From Octopus sinensis (lineage: Eukaryota), in assembly GCF_006345805.1 (NCBI RefSeq), contig NC_043026.1, forward strand, positions 5,084,001 through 5,148,000: 64,000 bases of DNA. Direction: 5' to 3'. Both the position numbers and the translations under genes were made by a program. The notes below the pieces were generated by a model. The model saw only the letters and a list, made by a program, of their open reading frames with translations. It was not told the DNA's origin and made no database searches. Below are positions 61,306-64,000 of this stretch, one piece after another (within the stretch, counting starts at the first letter, position 1; every line of letters begins with the position of its first letter).

Positions 61306-63476
61306 CATAAATACAAAACTATATATGCAGACGTGTGTGTGTGCATACTTACATATACATAGATAGTCACACACACACATGTACTGAAGAGCCTTGTAGT
61401 TTGCTAGAAGCCTTGTCGTTGGAGACTGACAGCTTCTTACAATGTAGAAAGGCAAAAGTCATCTTTTTATATTTCGGGAAATATGTAAATGTTACTTAAC
61501 TGACCCTTTCCACATTGAAAGGGGCTCTCCATCTTCATCATTTTATTAGTTTCATATGTGTGCGTGTGTCCATTTGTATGGATTGGAGGGTCAGCGGTTC
61601 TCTCCCAGATGGGTCTCAGGATGTCATTTAGCCTTTAATATTTATTTTGGGTTTCGTTTCTATGGTGTGTTGTCCTTCCTAACATCAACTGTCTTACAGT
61701 GTCCTTGGTGCCTTCTTGTTCTGGATCCAGCCCAGGAGGGGATTAGAAGTGAGAAAGAGCGAGATATAAGGCATCTCAATAAATGATGAGAGTGAATGGT
61801 TGATGTCAATATCAAATGGACATTGGTGGGAGGGAGTGTATGGGGTACATGTACATCTGATGAGCTCCCTTATATGTGGACCCCAAACAGTACCAGAAGA
61901 CTGATGTGCATGAGGGGGGGGGGTGTTGGGTGGGGGTGATATATGTCTCTTGGCTTTCTTGTTACAATGGAATTGATGTAGAGGGAGCCATCGGAAAGAT
62001 CCAGTGCTATCGTTAGTCACATCAATATGAGAGAAGAGGAGAGGGGCAGAAATGGAGATGAATAGGGGTATGTGATGGGAGAGGGGAGTGGTAGAAGGGG
62101 TAGTAGACCACTGATGGGGTGGGGGTGTCTATATATGTGTATAAATTACATATACATGCATACATTGTTCAATTTATTGTTTTGTTTTTCCATTTCTGAT
62201 TTATATTTATATGTATGTATCTATCAATATTGTGCCCATGCTGGGGCACTGCCTTGAAACGTTTTAAACACATGAATTGACCTCATTTAAAAAAAAAATC
62301 TTGATATTTATTTTATTGATTTTTTTGATGAACCACTAGGTTACAGGAATGTAAACACACACCAGTTGCCAAGCGATTGTGGGTAAGAAATACTCACAAA
62401 GATCTATGCATTTAGATGTATGTATACATATGATGGGCTTCTTTCAGTTTCCATTTACAAAATTCTCTTACAAAACTTTGGTGGGCATGAGACTGTAGTA
62501 GAAGACTCCTGCCCATGGTGGCACACTGTGGGACTGAAACCAGAACCAGGTGGCTGGAAAGCAGACTTCTTACCACCAACCCACGTCTGCACCTAAGTAC
62601 TCTCTCACACACACATATCTATATATATATATATATATATATGGCTGTATCGTCCTTTGCCTTTCCCATGGACAACATTGGTGACATGGAGAGCAGAGGC
62701 TGGAATGCATGGGCAACTGCTGGACTTGTACCTCAGAGGGGAACTTTCTAAGTGCAATCCCATGGTCATTCATGACCGAAGGGAGCCTTTATACTTTTAC
62801 CCCCTTTCTCTCCCCCCTTTCTCTCTCTCTCTCACACTCTCTCCCTCTTTCTCTCTCCCTCTCTCTCTCCCTCTCTCTCTTTCTCTCTCTCTCTGATTGG
62901 GATTCATGATCAAAAGCATTCCATCCATGACCATCCCAAAATTTTACATCTATTTTGAACTGCACTATCTAAGGGGTCTTTTGATATAAGACAAGGGTGT
63001 GATTAGCAGCAAAATTGGCTGCTATTTCTTGTCTGTTGATTTACCACGTACATAGCCCCTCATTAGCTGAGAGTGTATGTTCTGTTTTGCTGATAAGAGA
63101 AGACTTTGGTCAACATTGTTAATCTAATCTGCTAAAAACAACAAAGAGAGAAGAGCAGTTTATCTGGAGATTATGTCATGTGTTGCAAGGTTGCTTAGAG
63201 AGTGAGTTGGCGAGGGTGGGCATGGATGGCCCCATTGTCATTGCTTAACACAGGATATAATGGGAACAAAGTCATTCCAAAGAATATATTTCAATATCTG
63301 AAGTGGTATTTAAAGTGGTGTGTGTCACGTGGAGAGGTGACTGATAAACACGTGCAAGAAAACTGTATGTGTATGTACGTGTGTGTACATGTGTATGTAT
63401 GTTGTATCCATGTGAATGCATATATGTGGGTATATATGTGTATGTATAGATAGATATATATGTGCATGTGTGTGGG

Positions 63477-63556
<80 letters not shown>

Positions 63557-63584
63557 TAGATGTATGTGTGTATATATGTGAAGG

Positions 63585-63920
63585 TGCATAGCTCAGTGAT
63601 TAGAGTGTTGAGCTTACGATCGTGAGGTTGTGAGCTCAAATCCCGGACTGGGCTCCGTGTTGTGTACTTGAGCAAGACACTTTATTTCACGTTGCTCCAG
63701 TTCACTCAGCCTTAGAAATGAGTTGCAGTGTCACAGGTGGTAAGCTGTATCGGCCCCTTTGCCTTTCCCTTGGATAACACTGGTGGTGTAGAGTGGGGAG
63801 GCTGGTATGCATGGGTGACTGCTGGTCTTCCATAAACAACCTTGCCCGGACTTATGCCTGGGAGGGTAACTTTCTAGGTGCAATCCCATGGTCAGTGTCG
63901 TGACTGAAGGGGGTCTCTCA
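63585..63920 (+). mobile_element. tRNA-derived SINE (related fragments at 44240-44390 and 62640-62790)
   Basis: A box tagctcagtgattaga, B box gagctcaaatccc, and shared 3' part ctttctaggtgcaatcccatggtc. Confidence 0.7.
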
Positions 63921-64000
63921 GATATATATATGCATGTACGTGAAGGGATTCGTGATGTGTCTGACTTCTATTTACTAAGATTTTTCTAGGTTAACTCTAA

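Noticed and set aside
1-64000. CRISPR arrays, rRNA or intact tRNA genes, prokaryotic operons
   Set aside because: None seen; the repeats are eukaryotic microsatellites and TEs.

Overview
Eukaryotic, AT-rich, microsatellite-dense DNA. The SINE and LINE families suggest a cephalopod (Octopus-like) genome; this is an inference. There is a 100-N scaffold gap at 37739-37838. The main genic content is two tandem, same-orientation (minus strand) copies of one gene inside a segmental duplication (~4.9-22.6 kb vs ~48.3-60.6 kb). Copy 1 appears as two ORFs (864 aa + 935 aa). These are one ~1816-aa reading frame broken by a single-base frameshift near 9066-9096, because copy 2 joins the same sequences in frame. 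The protein has a short helical N-terminal region followed by six divergent, mutually homologous NHL-like beta-propeller units in one ~5.4-kb exon. Both copies keep a TATA box, a short first exon and a candidate second exon. They are >90% identical except for a sharply bounded block (intron 2, N-terminus and propeller 1) at only ~70% aa identity. Copy 2 carries many 1-bp indels, so it is either a pseudogene or a low-quality/haplotype contig. The rest of the window is mobile DNA: a so-far intact Tx1/L1 LINE at the left edge; a Penelope-like element with an inverted pseudo-LTR; several short (TA)n-embedded elements carrying type I hammerhead ribozymes from at least three sequence families; a Helitron with its empty site in the paralog; a Chapaev3 derivative; a Tc1 relic; RTE and CR1 fragments; MITEs; and many tRNA-derived SINEs.
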